Source of the DNA: Cystobasidiomycetes sp. EMM_F5
Lineage: Eukaryota
DNA: 64,000 nt
Direction of reading: 5' to 3'
NCBI GenBank assembly: GCA_051047955.1
Contig: JBPGPT010000003.1
Span: 620,001-684,000 of the forward strand
The position numbers were made by a program, and so were the translations under genes. A model generated the notes under the pieces. It made no database searches and had not been told where the DNA came from. It was given only the letters and a program-made list of their open reading frames with translations. Positions 63,636-64,000 of this stretch are shown piece after piece. Numbering within the stretch: position 1 is the stretch's first letter; every line of letters starts with the position of its first letter.

Positions 63636-64000
63636 TCATGGAAGGGCCAGACTGCCATCCCCCTTGCTTTTAACGACTTGCTCGGCATCTGATGGCAAGT
63701 TGCCTATGCCGAAGAATTGCTTTATGGCTTCAATGCGTTCCCTCTCGGTCGAAAACTTGATAGTCCGCGGTGGTTTGCCGTATGTTTTGATCTTGAGGGT
63801 ATCATTGAACAGCGTCGTCAGTCCCAGTGGCTTCTCTGAGTTTTCTGGTTGAGTGTAGATAGCCAGAACCAGATTTCTGCTAAACAGAGCGGACCGATTC
63901 GAGACTGCGTAATGCAGCATGGCAAAACTTCCGAACATCTTAGTTGATATCGTCTTCGAGCACAAGCTTGAGCGACGTACTCTTTCTGGAAGCACTCTTG
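63636..64000 (-). CDS. 3' end of probable arylamine N-acetyltransferase (runs off the window)
   Basis: C-terminal pattern F..NLV...G..TL....LKI...G......TERERIEAIKQFFGI resembles fungal NAT C-termini. The catalytic N-terminus is outside the window. Confidence 0.6.
   Translation of the reverse strand, partial: RVLPERVRRSSLCSKTISTKMFGSFAMLHYAVSNRSALFSRNLVLAIYTQPENSEKPLGLTTLFNDTLKIKTYGKPPRTIKFSTERERIEAIKQFFGIGNLPSDAEQVVKSKGDGSLALP

Noticed and set aside
1..64000. CRISPR arrays, tRNA/rRNA genes, prokaryotic operons
   Set aside because: The sequence is spliceosomal-intron-rich fungal DNA and no such patterns were seen by eye. Small ncRNAs cannot be excluded without an Infernal/tRNAscan search.

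Overview
This is a gene-dense, intron-rich eukaryotic window from a basidiomycete fungus. Pucciniomycotina is my inference from gene content and the mostly 40-70 nt introns. By manual splicing I built about 27 protein-coding genes. Recognisable housekeeping genes are an Rds1-like ferritin-fold protein, PSY2/PP4R3, HSV2, DCS1, TAF11, a DsbA-like thioredoxin, a ferric reductase, a nucleoside hydrolase, an HMG-box transcription factor, a CTD-kinase-type cyclin, YAF9, the complex I 9.5 kDa subunit, a BAP31-like protein, PRE4, SUS1, MDM35, TVP38 and a partial arylamine N-acetyltransferase. No tRNA, rRNA, CRISPR array or intact transposon was recognised. The most unusual elements are five. (1) A tandem triplication (46.1-54.9 kb) of an orphan ~4-TM membrane protein with a Gly/Met-rich tail; all copies share a hidden 9-nt micro-exon encoding VRK through synonymous codons. 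(2) A recurring intron architecture with a branch-point motif near the 5' end and a 110-340 nt AG-free tail, one case doubling as an in-frame ORF. (3) A tandem pair of WRKY/GCM1(MULE)-like DNA-binding proteins, one with a PHD finger and the other with a single TGA where its paralog has Trp. (4) A degenerate SABATH-like methyltransferase. (5) A spliced RGG-rich gene with a TTDN1/MPLKIP-like C-terminal motif. All family assignments are from motif recognition by eye; no database searches were run.
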